Source: Pseudolabrys sp. (GTDB lineage: Bacteria; Pseudomonadota; Alphaproteobacteria; Rhizobiales; Xanthobacteraceae). From it: a DNA stretch of 48,793 nt. The position numbers and the translations under genes are program-made. Positions 9,273 to 19,082 of this stretch are shown here, piece by piece. Below the pieces are notes generated by a model, which worked only from the letters and a program-made list of their open reading frames with translations, was not told the origin of the DNA and searched no databases. The stretch's first letter is position 1, and each line of letters opens with the position of its first letter. The stretch spans positions 1-48,793 of the forward strand of contig JBQCFB010000315.1 of NCBI GenBank assembly GCA_051959715.1, read 5' to 3'.

Positions 9273-10169
9273 GTGGCCGACAAACACATTTTGCACATGC
9301 TCACGCCCTTGCCGCATGTCAGCCCGTTCGACGTGAACATGGCGCTCGACGCCGGTTACGACGCTGTCATGCCCTATACCGGGGTGACGCTCGGCGAAGT
9401 CACCGGCCTCGTGCAGGATGCGATGTTTTCGCGTCCGCCCAAGATGGGCGTGCACACCGGTATTTTCTTCGGCGGCAAGCAGGCGATCGGCGCGCTCGAC
9501 ATGATCGACGCGGCGAAAAAGGCATTGGTGCCGCCGTTCGGCGTGTCGTTCTTCGCCGATCCGGCCGGTTCCTTCACAACCGCGGCGGCGATGGTCGCCT
9601 GCGTCGAGAAGCAGTTGCGCGACAAGAAGAAGCGCGAACTCGCGGGCACACGGATCGCGGTATTCGGTGCAACCGGGGTCGTCGGCTTCTCGGCGGCGGT
9701 CATCGCTTCGCTCGAGAAAGCGCATGTGACGCTCGTCGGCTATGACGGCATCAAGCGCGTGAGCGAGGGCGCTGCGGAAATCCGCAAGCGTTTCGGCACG
9801 GAGCCGAAGGCGGCGGACGGCAGCGACGACGTGGGAAAGGCGGCGGTGCTCGCCGAAGCCGACGTTGTGCTATGCGCCGGCCGCGCCGGCGTGCAGATCC
9901 TGTCACGGGCGCAGATCGCCGCGGCGAAGCGTTTGCTTGTCGTCGCCGACGTCAATGCGGTGCCGCCGCCCGGCGTCGAGGGGCTCGACGTGATGGCCAA
10001 CGGCGTGCCGCTCAACGACAATGGCGCGCTGGGCATCGGGCCGCTGGCGATCGGCAACATCAAATACAAGACGGAATTCGGCCTGTTCCAGAAGATGATC
10101 AATGCGACCAAGGCCGTATGCTTCGACTTCCGCGATGCGTTCGCGCTCGCGCGTGACTTGAATGGATAG
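9273..10169 (+). CDS. mtdB: NAD(P)-dependent methylene-H4MPT dehydrogenase
   Basis: SPFDVNMALDAGYD, DPAGSFTTAAAMVA, GATGVVG, DVNAVPPPG; GGAGAGG RBS before GTG. Confidence 0.92.
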   Translation: MADKHILHMLTPLPHVSPFDVNMALDAGYDAVMPYTGVTLGEVTGLVQDAMFSRPPKMGVHTGIFFGGKQAIGALDMIDAAKKALVPPFGVSFFADPAGSFTTAAAMVACVEKQLRDKKKRELAGTRIAVFGATGVVGFSAAVIASLEKAHVTLVGYDGIKRVSEGAAEIRKRFGTEPKAADGSDDVGKAAVLAEADVVLCAGRAGVQILSRAQIAAAKRLLVVADVNAVPPPGVEGLDVMANGVPLNDNGALGIGPLAIGNIKYKTEFGLFQKMINATKAVCFDFRDAFALARDLNG

Positions 10170-11271
10170 GGGAAGGCCGGTGCTGATCGCCGCCGCCTCG
10201 GGCCGTGCATTGGCCGCATCCGCGCGGCGGGGCGGTTTTGCGCCGCTGGTCGTCGACCGTTTCGGCGATCTCGACACGCGCGATGCGGCTGAGCGGCATG
10301 TCCTCGCCGACCTGTCACGGCCGATCGACGGCGGCCATCTGATGGCGGCGCTCGAACAAGCGTCCGAGGGACGGGCGCCGGTCGGTATCGTCTGCGGCAC
10401 CGGCTTCGAGGACCGCGCCGATCTGCTGGCGCGCGTTGCGACGCGATGGCCGCTGCTCGGCGCCGATCCGGCGGTCGTAGCGATGTTGAAGGACCCGATC
10501 GCCTTTTCCGATCTCTGCCGTGAGACCGGCACGCCGCATCCGGAGACCGCGCTGGCGCCACCGGGCGACCCCGCAGGCTGGCTGGTCAAGCGCGCCGGCG
10601 GCTCGGGCGGCTGGCACATTCGGCCCGCCGCGGACGGAAAGGCCGGCGAAGACGGCTACTACCAGCGCCGCGTTGCGGGCCAACCGGTCTCGGCTGCGCT
10701 GCTCGGAAACGGCCGGCACGTCATGGTCCTCGGCTTCAGCGAGCAATGGGCCGCGCCGGCGCCGCGCCATCCGTACCGCTACGGCGGCGCGGTGCGACCG
10801 GCTCCGCTCGGTGCGGCCGTGCGCGCTGCAATGGACGCGGCGCTTGCGCGCCTCGCGGCACGCATTGCGATTGCCGGACTCGCCAGCGCCGACTTTCTCG
10901 TCGACGGCGACAGCTTTCACCTGCTCGAGATCAATCCGCGGCCCGGCGCCACGTTCGATCTGTTCGAGCCGGAGCACGGCTCGATGTTCGCGCTCCACGT
11001 GGATGCATGCCGGGGCAGGTTGCCCGCGCATGCGCCGGTGCTCGACGGCGCCATGGCCGGTGCTCTCGTCTATGCGCCGCGCACGATCATGTCCGTCCCG
11101 GCGATCGATTGGCCGGACTGGACGACTGACCGGCCCGCGCCCGGCAGCCGCATCGAAGCAGAGCAGCCGGTCTGCTCGGTCTTCGCGCGCGCCGCGACGC
11201 CGTCGGAGGCGAGACGGCTGCTCGATCAGCGGTGCGCGACGGTCTCCGGCCTGATTGCGGGGGCGCCATGA
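10162..11271 (+). CDS. orfY: ATP-grasp protein OrfY of the H4MPT/methylofuran cluster
   Basis: SGRALAASA, DRFGDLD, GGSGG, LLEINPRPGAT; located between mtdB and mch. Confidence 0.85.
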   Translation: MDRGRPVLIAAASGRALAASARRGGFAPLVVDRFGDLDTRDAAERHVLADLSRPIDGGHLMAALEQASEGRAPVGIVCGTGFEDRADLLARVATRWPLLGADPAVVAMLKDPIAFSDLCRETGTPHPETALAPPGDPAGWLVKRAGGSGGWHIRPAADGKAGEDGYYQRRVAGQPVSAALLGNGRHVMVLGFSEQWAAPAPRHPYRYGGAVRPAPLGAAVRAAMDAALARLAARIAIAGLASADFLVDGDSFHLLEINPRPGATFDLFEPEHGSMFALHVDACRGRLPAHAPVLDGAMAGALVYAPRTIMSVPAIDWPDWTTDRPAPGSRIEAEQPVCSVFARAATPSEARRLLDQRCATVSGLIAGAP

Positions 11272-12236
11272 AACGCGGACCTCTCAGCGTCAACACGCGC
11301 GCGCAGTCCCTGATCGACAGGGTCGTCGCCAACGCCGTGGAGTTGAAGATCGCCGTGTCGCGCGGCGGCGAAGGCGAGACCGTGATCGATGCCGGCCGGC
11401 ATGCGCCCGGCAGCACCGCAGCAGGTATCGCGCTCGCCCGCATCTGCATGGGCGGTCTCGGCGACATCGCGCTTGTCACCGATGCGGCCATGCCGCGCTG
11501 GCCGTGGACGGTGACGGTGCACTCCGCGCATCCGGTGATCGCCTGTCTCGCCAGCCAGTATGCCGGGTGGCGCCTGACCCATGGCGAAGGACGCGACGCC
11601 TGGTTCGCGATGGGCTCGGGCCCGGCGCGCGCGCTGGCGCGGCCGGAGCCGCTGTTCGAGGCGCTGTCCTATCGCGACAAGGCTGACAGCGCCGCGCTGG
11701 TGATCGAGGGCGCTGAGCCGCCGCCGGCTGCGGTCGTGCGTCGCGTGGCGCAGGCTTGTGGCGTGCCGGCGCGCAAGCTCACCATCCTCTATGCTCCGAC
11801 CCAAAGCCTCGCGGGCAGCGCACAGATCGTCGCGCGTGTGCTCGAAGTCGCCCTGCACAAGGCGCACGAACTGAAATTCCCGCTCGATCGCATCCTCGAG
11901 GGCATGGGCATGGCGCCGCTGGCGCCGCCGCATCCGGATTTTGTCGCCGCGATGGGCCGCACCAACGATGCGATCATCTATGGCGGCCGCGTGCATCTGA
12001 TGATCGCCGGGCCCGCGGCGGAAGCCCGCGCGCTCGCCGAAAAACTGCCGAGCCGCGCCTCGCGCGATTACGGGCGGCCGTTCGCGGAGATCTTCCGGCG
12101 CTTCAACGGCGACTTCTACGCCATCGATCCGATGCTGTTCAGCCCCGCCGCGGTGACTGTGACCGCGCTCGAGACCGGCGAAAGCTTCCATGCGGGCGGC
12201 ATCAATCCTGAGCTCATCGATGCCTCCTTCGCCTGA
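11268..12236 (+). CDS. mch: Methenyl-H4MPT cyclohydrolase
   Basis: ACLASQYAGW, GSGPARALA, QIVARVLEVALHK, MGRTNDAIIYGG, FYAIDPMLFSPA. Confidence 0.96.
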   Translation: MKRGPLSVNTRAQSLIDRVVANAVELKIAVSRGGEGETVIDAGRHAPGSTAAGIALARICMGGLGDIALVTDAAMPRWPWTVTVHSAHPVIACLASQYAGWRLTHGEGRDAWFAMGSGPARALARPEPLFEALSYRDKADSAALVIEGAEPPPAAVVRRVAQACGVPARKLTILYAPTQSLAGSAQIVARVLEVALHKAHELKFPLDRILEGMGMAPLAPPHPDFVAAMGRTNDAIIYGGRVHLMIAGPAAEARALAEKLPSRASRDYGRPFAEIFRRFNGDFYAIDPMLFSPAAVTVTALETGESFHAGGINPELIDASFA

Positions 12237-13158
12237 CGCCATCCCGCAACATGGCGGCGCGGCGCCGCCGTCGGTCGCCATCGTCACCGACGAGCGCGAC
12301 TGGCACGCCCGCATGCTGCTCAAGGCTTTCGCTGCGCTCGGCGCGCGCGCGCAACTTTTGTCGCTGGCCGCGTGCCGCTTCGACTCCACGGTGCCCGGTG
12401 GCGTGCGCGTGCCGGGCTTTGCGGCAGCGCTGCCGGACGCGGTTCTCGTGCGCACCATGTCGGGCGGCACGTTCCAGGCGGTGACGTTGCGGCTCGGCCT
12501 TCTGCACGCCTTGCAGGCGGTCGGGGTGCGCGTCTGGAACGCGGCGCCGGCCATCGAGCACTGCGTCGACAAGTCGGCCACCAGCTTCCTGCTCGCTCGC
12601 GCCGGATTGCCGACGCCGCCGACCTTTGCGTGCGAGTCGCGCGAAGCCGCGGCCGGGATCGTGGCCCGCGAGGGCGGGCCGTTCGTGCTCAAGCCGCTGT
12701 TCGGTTCGCAGGGGCGGGGCCTGCGCCTCATCCGCGGCGCCGACGATCTGCCGGCGCCGGACGCCGTGACCGGCGTCTACTATTTGCAGCGCTTCGTCGA
12801 GCGCGGCGGCGACGGCTATCAGGATTTCCGCGTCCTGGTCTCGGGCGGCCGCGTCGTCGCGGCGATGATGCGGCATTCGGCGTACTGGATCACCAATGTG
12901 AAGCAGGGCGGCAAGCCGCTGGCAGCCGTCGCCGATGCGGCGATGCGCGACCTGGCGGTCGCCGCGGCGCATGCGGTCGGGGCGGATTTCGCCGGCGTCG
13001 ATATCATCTATGGCGAGGACAGCGCGCCACGCGTGCTCGAGGTCAACAGCATGCCGGCCTGGTCGGGCCTGCAGCGCACGACGCATGCCGACATCGCGGC
13101 TGTGCTCGCGGGCGATCTCCTCGCCGCGCTGGCGACACGGGCCGAACGTGCGCTCTGA
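12220..13158 (+). CDS. RimK-family alpha-L-glutamate ligase (Orf5; cofactor polyglutamylation)
   Basis: VDKSATSFLL, KPLFGSQGRG, TNVKQGG, LEVNSMPAW ATP-grasp motifs; synteny. Confidence 0.9.
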   Translation: MPPSPDAIPQHGGAAPPSVAIVTDERDWHARMLLKAFAALGARAQLLSLAACRFDSTVPGGVRVPGFAAALPDAVLVRTMSGGTFQAVTLRLGLLHALQAVGVRVWNAAPAIEHCVDKSATSFLLARAGLPTPPTFACESREAAAGIVAREGGPFVLKPLFGSQGRGLRLIRGADDLPAPDAVTGVYYLQRFVERGGDGYQDFRVLVSGGRVVAAMMRHSAYWITNVKQGGKPLAAVADAAMRDLAVAAAHAVGADFAGVDIIYGEDSAPRVLEVNSMPAWSGLQRTTHADIAAVLAGDLLAALATRAERAL

Positions 13159-14023
13159 GGCGCCGCGCGCGTCGCGGGCGGCCATCGCCGCGGCGTTCGA
13201 GCGGGCCTGCCGCGACGAGATCGAGGCGCCGAAGCCCGGCAACGTCCACCTCTTCGCCGACGGCCATCGCATGACCGCCGGCGATTTCCTGCGCAGCGCC
13301 GCGGCCGCGTCCGGCCCGCTGACCGAGACCGGCGCCCGGGTCGGCGCGCGCATCGCGGGCGCGGTCGGGGCGAGCCTTGCCGCCGCCGGCGTCAATACAA
13401 ATCTCGGTATCATCCTCCTGTGCGCGCCGCTCGCCGCCGCCGCCGAGATGGGCGGCGACCTGCGGCAGTCGCTGCGCCGGGTTCTGGGCACGCTCGACCG
13501 CGCGGATGCCGACCTTTGCTTCCGCGCCATCGTGCAAGCGTCGCCGGCCGGGCTCGGCCGCGCCGCGCGTCTCGATGTTTATGCGCCGGCAACGGACAGT
13601 CTGCGCGCCGCGATGGCGGAAGCGGCCGACCGCGACCGCATTGCTCTCCAGTATGTGTCGGTATTTGCTGACGTCTTCGAACGCGGCGCGCCGCTTTTCG
13701 CACGCCGCCTTGCAGCCACGTCGGACCGCAGGTTGGCGACGCTCTCGGTCTATCTGCGCTTTCTCGCGGCTTTCCCCGACACGCATATCGTCCGCAAGTA
13801 CGGGTCTACCGTTGCGGAGCAGATTTGCACTGCAGCATCGGCGATCGAGACGCAGGTCTGCTCTGCGTCCCACCTGGACGCGGCGCTGCCCATCGTTTTG
13901 CCCTGGGATGTAAAATTGAAAGAATCCGGCATCAATCCGGGCACGAGCGCGGATCTTACCGTCGCCAGTTTGTTCGTTCATCAATTGCAGAGCGTCTTGC
14001 CGCCGGACGCCAACGGTGGTTGA
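13148..14023 (+). CDS. Triphosphoribosyl-dephospho-CoA synthase-like protein (CitG family, Orf7)
   Basis: [36 protein letters not shown]; GTG start overlapping orf5 end. Confidence 0.9.
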   Translation: MRSEAPRASRAAIAAAFERACRDEIEAPKPGNVHLFADGHRMTAGDFLRSAAAASGPLTETGARVGARIAGAVGASLAAAGVNTNLGIILLCAPLAAAAEMGGDLRQSLRRVLGTLDRADADLCFRAIVQASPAGLGRAARLDVYAPATDSLRAAMAEAADRDRIALQYVSVFADVFERGAPLFARRLAATSDRRLATLSVYLRFLAAFPDTHIVRKYGSTVAEQICTAASAIETQVCSASHLDAALPIVLPWDVKLKESGINPGTSADLTVASLFVHQLQSVLPPDANGG

Positions 14024-14165
14024 CTTGGGTGTGCGGGAAACATTCCCGCCGCTATCTGGCAAACCGGTCCGGGTTCCGGACGCTGACAACAAGGATAGCC
14101 GGTCGGCCGGGCGTCAAGCTTGGCGTTCGGTTACGATTTGTATTGTTCCTTGGGAGGAGATGGCG

Positions 14166-14672
14166 ATGGCTAAAGTTACCGGACTTTGCGTCGGAGAATC
14201 TCTCATCGGCGACGGCAACGAGGTCGCTCATATCGATCTCTTGGTCGGGCCGCGCGGCAGCGCGGCGGAGACGGCCTTTGCGAACTGCCTGGTCAACAAC
14301 AAGGACGGATTTACCTCGCTCCTTGCCGTCGTGGCGCCGAACCTGATGTGCAAGCCGGCGACCGTGATGTTCAACAAGGTCACGATCAAGGGCGCCAAGC
14401 AGGCGGTGCAAATGTTCGGACCGGCGCAGCACGCGGTCGCCAAGGCGGTCGCCGACAGCGTCGCCGAAGGCATCATTCCGCAGGACGAGGCCGAGAACCT
14501 GTTCATCTGCGTCGGCGTGTTCATCCACTGGGAAGCCGCCGACGACAAGAAGATCCAGGAGTACAACTACCGCGCCACCAAGGAAGCGCTCGCCCGCGCG
14601 GTTGCCGGCGAGCCGAGGGTCGGCGAGGTGGTGGCCAAGCGCGATCAGGTCAAGCATCCCTTCGCCGCCTAG
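14166..14672 (+). CDS. fae: Formaldehyde-activating enzyme
   Basis: [41 protein letters not shown]; GGAGGAG RBS at 14153-14159. Confidence 0.97.
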   Translation: MAKVTGLCVGESLIGDGNEVAHIDLLVGPRGSAAETAFANCLVNNKDGFTSLLAVVAPNLMCKPATVMFNKVTIKGAKQAVQMFGPAQHAVAKAVADSVAEGIIPQDEAENLFICVGVFIHWEAADDKKIQEYNYRATKEALARAVAGEPRVGEVVAKRDQVKHPFAA

Positions 14673-14791
14673 GAGGGACGGCACCGCGGGGAGGCGAAGC
14701 CTTCCGCAGGGGCGGAAGGGCTCCTTCGCCGGCTTCGTCGCTTGCCGGGTCTGACGTGACACGGACGCATTCAGCGTCCGCGGTCGTGACG

Positions 14792-15487
14792 CTATAGCGC
14801 GCGCAAATCCGCGGACGTGATGCGGCCGTCATGCAGGCTGGTTGCGACCAGCGCCCCCGCGATCGAGGCCTGGGCCAATGCGCGCAGGTCGGCGCTGTCA
14901 CGGACGCCGCCGGCTGCATGGACTTCGCGGTTCCTCCCGGCGAGGTCCTTGATCGCGCGCAGGCGCTCCAGGTCCGGCCCGGCATGGCTGCCGACGCGGT
15001 CGAGCGTCATGACGATCACGCGTCGCGGCCATGCCGTGGCATTTTCGATCAGCGCGGCGGGGCCCTGGAAGTCGGCCCCGCGGAAATCGAGCGACAGGAC
15101 GACGTCCGCATCGTCGGCGAGCTGCGCCGCTGTGTCGGCGTCGGTGAGCGATTCCGTGCCGAGCACGAGGTGGCCGAGCCCGCGCGCCAGCCATGCGCGC
15201 GCCGCAGAGAGCGAGCCGATGCCGCTGTCCACCCAGAGCGAGAGCTGCGGAAAGCGGCTCTTCAGCGCGGCGATGGCGTCGTCATTGCCGGCGCCGCCGC
15301 CAATAGCGTCGAGGTCGGCGATGTAGAGGGCCTGAAAGGGATGGAGCGAGAGCAGGCCATCGACCACGTCGGCCGGTGCGCTACCGGCGGCGAGGGGGGT
15401 CACGATCGGCCGGTAATTATTGCGGTCGCCGCGCCGGGCATGCACCACCGTGCCGCCCTTGAGATCGATGACCGGAATGACCTTCAT
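14792..15487 (-). CDS. HisA/HisF-related TIM-barrel protein (Orf17)
   Basis: IPVIDLKGGTVVHA, YIADLDAI, TLDRVGS, AAGGVR; context in H4MPT cluster. Confidence 0.88.
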   Translation of the reverse strand: MKVIPVIDLKGGTVVHARRGDRNNYRPIVTPLAAGSAPADVVDGLLSLHPFQALYIADLDAIGGGAGNDDAIAALKSRFPQLSLWVDSGIGSLSAARAWLARGLGHLVLGTESLTDADTAAQLADDADVVLSLDFRGADFQGPAALIENATAWPRRVIVMTLDRVGSHAGPDLERLRAIKDLAGRNREVHAAGGVRDSADLRALAQASIAGALVATSLHDGRITSADLRAL

Positions 15488-15566
15488 GCGTCCCCGCAGC
15501 CGATGTTGCGCGCCGTTCCGCGACCCCGTTTAGTGCGCCTGTAGCGGTTTCTCCAGAGGGTCGGGG

Positions 15567-16610
15567 ATGGCGGCGATCATCGGCTGGGATATCGGCGGCG
15601 CGCATCTCAAGGCCGCGCGCGCCGAAGGCGGGCGGATCGTCGACGCGGTGCAGGTCGCGGCGCCCCTGCGGCTCGGCCTCGAGCGGCTGCAGCAATCCTT
15701 CGCCGAGGCGAAGGCCCGGCTCGGCGCCGCCGACCGGCACGCCATCACCATGACCGGCGAGCTCGCCGACACCTTCACGTCGCGTGCCGAGGGCGTTGCG
15801 GCCCTGACCGACGTGGCGATGCGCGAACTGGGCGGCGCGCTCACGGTTTATGCCGGCCGCGCCGGCTTCGTGTCGCCGCAGCACGCCTCCGCCCACGTCG
15901 CCGACATCGCATCCGCCAACTGGCACGCGACGGCGGCGCTGGTCGGCACGGTCGAACCGACCGCGCTGCTCATGGACATGGGTTCGACCACGACCGACAT
16001 CGTTCCGGTCGCCGCGGGCGCGGTCGCCGCCAGCGGCTACACCGACGCGGAGCGGCTGGCCTGCGGCGAGCTCGTCTATACCGGCCTCGTGCGCAGCTTC
16101 CTGATGACGATGGGGGCGCGCGCGCCGTTCGCGGGCCGCTGGACCGATCTCATCCGCGAGAACTTCGCCAACATGGCCGACGTGCAGCGCGTGCTCGGCC
16201 TGCTGCCGGACGGCGCCGACCAGATGATGACCGCCGACGGCCGCGACAAGTCCGTTCCCGCCTCGCAGGCGCGACTTGCGCGCATGGTCGGCCGCGACGC
16301 CGGGGATGCCGATGCCGGCGCCTGGACCGCTCTGGCGCAGTGGTTCGCGGAACTGCAAATCCGCGCCGTCACCGATGGCGCCATGCTGGTGCTCTCGCAC
16401 CACCTCCTGCCCGCCGAGGCGCCGGTGGTCGTGGCGGGCGCCGGCGCGGCGGTCCTGCGCGAGGCGGCGCGGCGGCTCGGGCGGCGCGCGCTCGATTTCG
16501 AGCAACTCGTTCCGGCGGCGGCGGAAATACGCGCCGCGGCGTCCGTCAGCGCGCCGGCGGCGGCCGTCGCGCTTCTGGCCCTGCGACACGGCCGCGCACC
16601 CGGTTCATAA
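15567..16610 (+). CDS. Hydantoinase/oxoprolinase-family protein Orf9 (MfnF-like, methylofuran synthesis)
   Basis: GWDIGGAHLKA, TMTGELAD, ASANWHA, DMGSTTTDI, GELVYTG. Confidence 0.88.
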   Translation: MAAIIGWDIGGAHLKAARAEGGRIVDAVQVAAPLRLGLERLQQSFAEAKARLGAADRHAITMTGELADTFTSRAEGVAALTDVAMRELGGALTVYAGRAGFVSPQHASAHVADIASANWHATAALVGTVEPTALLMDMGSTTTDIVPVAAGAVAASGYTDAERLACGELVYTGLVRSFLMTMGARAPFAGRWTDLIRENFANMADVQRVLGLLPDGADQMMTADGRDKSVPASQARLARMVGRDAGDADAGAWTALAQWFAELQIRAVTDGAMLVLSHHLLPAEAPVVVAGAGAAVLREAARRLGRRALDFEQLVPAAAEIRAAASVSAPAAAVALLALRHGRAPGS

Positions 16611-16690
16611 GATTTGAGAAAATGGGACGCCGCCCTCGGACTATTGGCGGCCGGACGGTAGCCGATGCCGGAACCGGCGCGCGGCCAAGG

Positions 16691-16719
16691 TTGTTTCGAC
16701 AGGTCGGAAGTTGTATATT
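16691..16719 (+). promoter_or_regulatory. Putative sigma70 promoter of pqqA
   Basis: TTGTTT-N17-TATATT, 39 nt upstream of the pqqA ATG. Confidence 0.55.
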
Positions 16720-16758
16720 TGTGCCGTGGCGACGCTGGACTATCGAGGAGGTTTCCCG

Positions 16759-16836
16759 ATGACCTGGACGACACCCACTCTCGTCGAGATCTGCATTGGT
16801 CTCGAGATCAACGGCTATCTCCCGGCCGAATTCTAA
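16759..16836 (+). CDS. pqqA: PQQ precursor peptide (MTWTTPTLVEICIGLEINGYLPAEF)
   Basis: Translated by hand (absent from ORF track); W..P leader and ExxxY core (EINGY); GAGGAGG RBS. Confidence 0.95.
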   Translation: MTWTTPTLVEICIGLEINGYLPAEF

Positions 16837-16914
16837 TTCGAGGCGACCGCTCGCGGTCGTCGCCGGGGTGCGTAGCGTACCAACCCCGGCCTCATCGCGG
16901 GGCGACCGGTTTTG

Positions 16915-16952
16915 ATCCCTTCGCGTGCGACGCGCGCGGAGGGATTATTTTT
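16915..16952 (+). terminator. Putative intrinsic terminator after pqqA
   Basis: ATCCCTTCGCG...CGCGGAGGGAT stem followed by TATTTTT, between convergent pqqA and pqqE. Confidence 0.6.
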
Positions 16953-16972
16953 ATTGCGCCGTTGCGAAGGCG

Positions 16973-18058
16973 TCAGCGCCGATAGGTATAGGATGCATCC
17001 ATCCGCTCGGCGGCGAGCGCCTCGATCCGCGCATGGTCCGGCGCGAGATGGCAGACCGGGTCGGTCGCGCGCGCGTCACCCGTGATCGCGAAGGCCTGGC
17101 AGCGGCAGCCGCCGAAATCGACATCGCGCCGCTCGCAGCTCTGGCACGGCTCCGGCATCCAGTCTGTGCCGCGGAAGGCGTTGAAGGACGGCGCGTTCTG
17201 CCAGATGTCGGCGAGCGAATGCTCGCGCACCGACCAGAATTCCAGGCCCGGGATCGACTCCGCGGCGTGGCAGGGCAGCACCCGCCCTTTCGGCGTGACA
17301 TTGAGCGAGCGTCGGCCCCAGCCGCCGACGCAGGGCTTGGGATAGCGCGCGTAATAATCGGGCACGACGGCGTCGATGACGATGCGGCCGTGATGCTGCT
17401 TGCGCAGCGCCTCCACCGTCTCGACTGCTTGCATCACCTGCTCGCGTGTCGGCATCAGCGCCGCCCGGTTTTCGAGCGCCCAGCCGTAATACTGGACGTG
17501 CGCGATCTCGACGCGGCCGGCGCCGAGCGCGAGCGCCTGGTCGACCATGGCGGCGATACGCTCGATATTGGCGCGGTGCACGACGACGTTGACGGTCAGC
17601 GGCAGGCCGAGACGGACCACCTCGCGCGCAAGCTCTGTCTTGCGCGCAAAAGCGCCGTCATAGCCGGCAATCCTGTCGGCGGAGGCCGGCTCGCTGTCCT
17701 GGATCGATATCTGCACGTGATCGAGGCCGGCATCCGCGAGACGGGCAAGCGTCTCCTTGCTCAGACCGACGCCCGACGTGATCAGGTTGGTGTAGAGCGG
17801 CGCCTCGTGCGCGGCCGCGACGATCTCGACGATGTCGCGCCGCGCGCCCGGCTCGCCGCCGGAGAGATGCACCTGGAGCACGCCGAGCGCGGCCGCCTCG
17901 CGAAAGACGCGGGCCCAGGTCGCGGTGTCGAGCTCGTCGGAGCGCTTGTCGAGAGCGAGCGGATTGGAGCAATAGGGGCAGCCGAGTGGGCAGCGGTGCG
18001 TCAGCTCGGCGAGCAGGCCGAGCGGCTTGTACAGCACCTGTCCGTTGCCTGCTGCCAT
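16973..18058 (-). CDS. pqqE: PQQ biosynthesis radical SAM enzyme (alternative GTG start at 18064)
   Basis: [32 protein letters not shown] Cys motifs ([20 protein letters not shown]). Confidence 0.97.
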   Translation of the reverse strand: MAAGNGQVLYKPLGLLAELTHRCPLGCPYCSNPLALDKRSDELDTATWARVFREAAALGVLQVHLSGGEPGARRDIVEIVAAAHEAPLYTNLITSGVGLSKETLARLADAGLDHVQISIQDSEPASADRIAGYDGAFARKTELAREVVRLGLPLTVNVVVHRANIERIAAMVDQALALGAGRVEIAHVQYYGWALENRAALMPTREQVMQAVETVEALRKQHHGRIVIDAVVPDYYARYPKPCVGGWGRRSLNVTPKGRVLPCHAAESIPGLEFWSVREHSLADIWQNAPSFNAFRGTDWMPEPCQSCERRDVDFGGCRCQAFAITGDARATDPVCHLAPDHARIEALAAERMDASYTYRR

Positions 18059-18060
18059 CG

Positions 18061-18348
18061 TCACACGTCCAGCAATTGCTTGTCGGCGAGCGACCCGAGC
18101 AGCGTCTTGATGTCGGCGAGGACACGGTCGCGCGGCGCCTTGTAGGCGGCCGACAATTCGTCGGCGATCGTCGCGACGGTCGCCGCGCCGTCGCAGCGCT
18201 TCAGGATCTCCAGCGCGATCGCGTCCGGCTTGAACACGCGCTCCGGCGCGAGCAGCACGTAGCCGCCTTGCGCCGGGCTGTCGACGAGGCGCACGCCGCG
18301 CGGCAGACGCGGCGTCGTGTCGTCGGATACGGTGCGGCCTGCGTTCAT
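18061..18348 (-). CDS. pqqD: PQQ peptide chaperone (RRE domain)
   Basis: [23 protein letters not shown]; ATGA overlap with pqqC stop. Confidence 0.93.
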   Translation of the reverse strand: MNAGRTVSDDTTPRLPRGVRLVDSPAQGGYVLLAPERVFKPDAIALEILKRCDGAATVATIADELSAAYKAPRDRVLADIKTLLGSLADKQLLDV

Positions 18349-19082
18349 GCGCCATGATCCTCCGGAACGAAAGCGCCGGGCGGCACATGTCTCGGCGCGA
18401 CATAGGCATGGTGCAGCGCGTCGAGCATCGACCACAGCACGTCGCACTTGAAATACAGCGCGTTCATCACCGCCCGCTGCGTCTCGGCGGTCCTTGCATG
18501 GTCGCGCACATAGGCGAGCGCGAAGGCGGAATCGCGGTTCGCCTGCGGTGGCCGCTTGTCGAAATAGCCGAGCGTCTCGCGCGTCACGAAGGGATAATTG
18601 GCGAGCATGCCGGCAACGCGCTCGCCGATGATGGTCGGTGAAAACAGTTCGGTAAGCGAGGAGGCGATCGCCTCGAGCAGGGTCTTCTCGCGCACGAAGC
18701 GGACATAGGCGTCGACGGCGAAACGTGTCGCCGGCAGGATCAGACGCGTCGAGGTCACGTCGGCGCGCGCCAGCCCGACCCCGTCGGTCAGGCGCAGCCA
18801 GCGCGCAATGCCGCCCTCGTTCTGATCGTCGCCGTCATGGTCGACCAGGCGGCTGCGCCATTCGCGGCGGATATCGCGGTCCTCGCAGCGGCCGATCAGG
18901 CTCGCATCCTTCAGCGGGATCGACGCCTGGTAATAATAGCGGTTGAGCGCCCAGGCCTGGACCTGGCCTTTCGTGCACTGGCCGCCGTGCAGCAGGTGGT
19001 GGAAGGGGTGCAGGCGGTGATACCGCTTCGCGCCGATGTCGCGCAGCGCAGCTTCGAGCTCGTCGGGCGAAAGAACGCTCAC
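18345..19082 (-). CDS. pqqC: Pyrroloquinoline-quinone synthase
   Basis: [46 protein letters not shown]. Confidence 0.97.
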   Translation of the reverse strand: MSVLSPDELEAALRDIGAKRYHRLHPFHHLLHGGQCTKGQVQAWALNRYYYQASIPLKDASLIGRCEDRDIRREWRSRLVDHDGDDQNEGGIARWLRLTDGVGLARADVTSTRLILPATRFAVDAYVRFVREKTLLEAIASSLTELFSPTIIGERVAGMLANYPFVTRETLGYFDKRPPQANRDSAFALAYVRDHARTAETQRAVMNALYFKCDVLWSMLDALHHAYVAPRHVPPGAFVPEDHGA

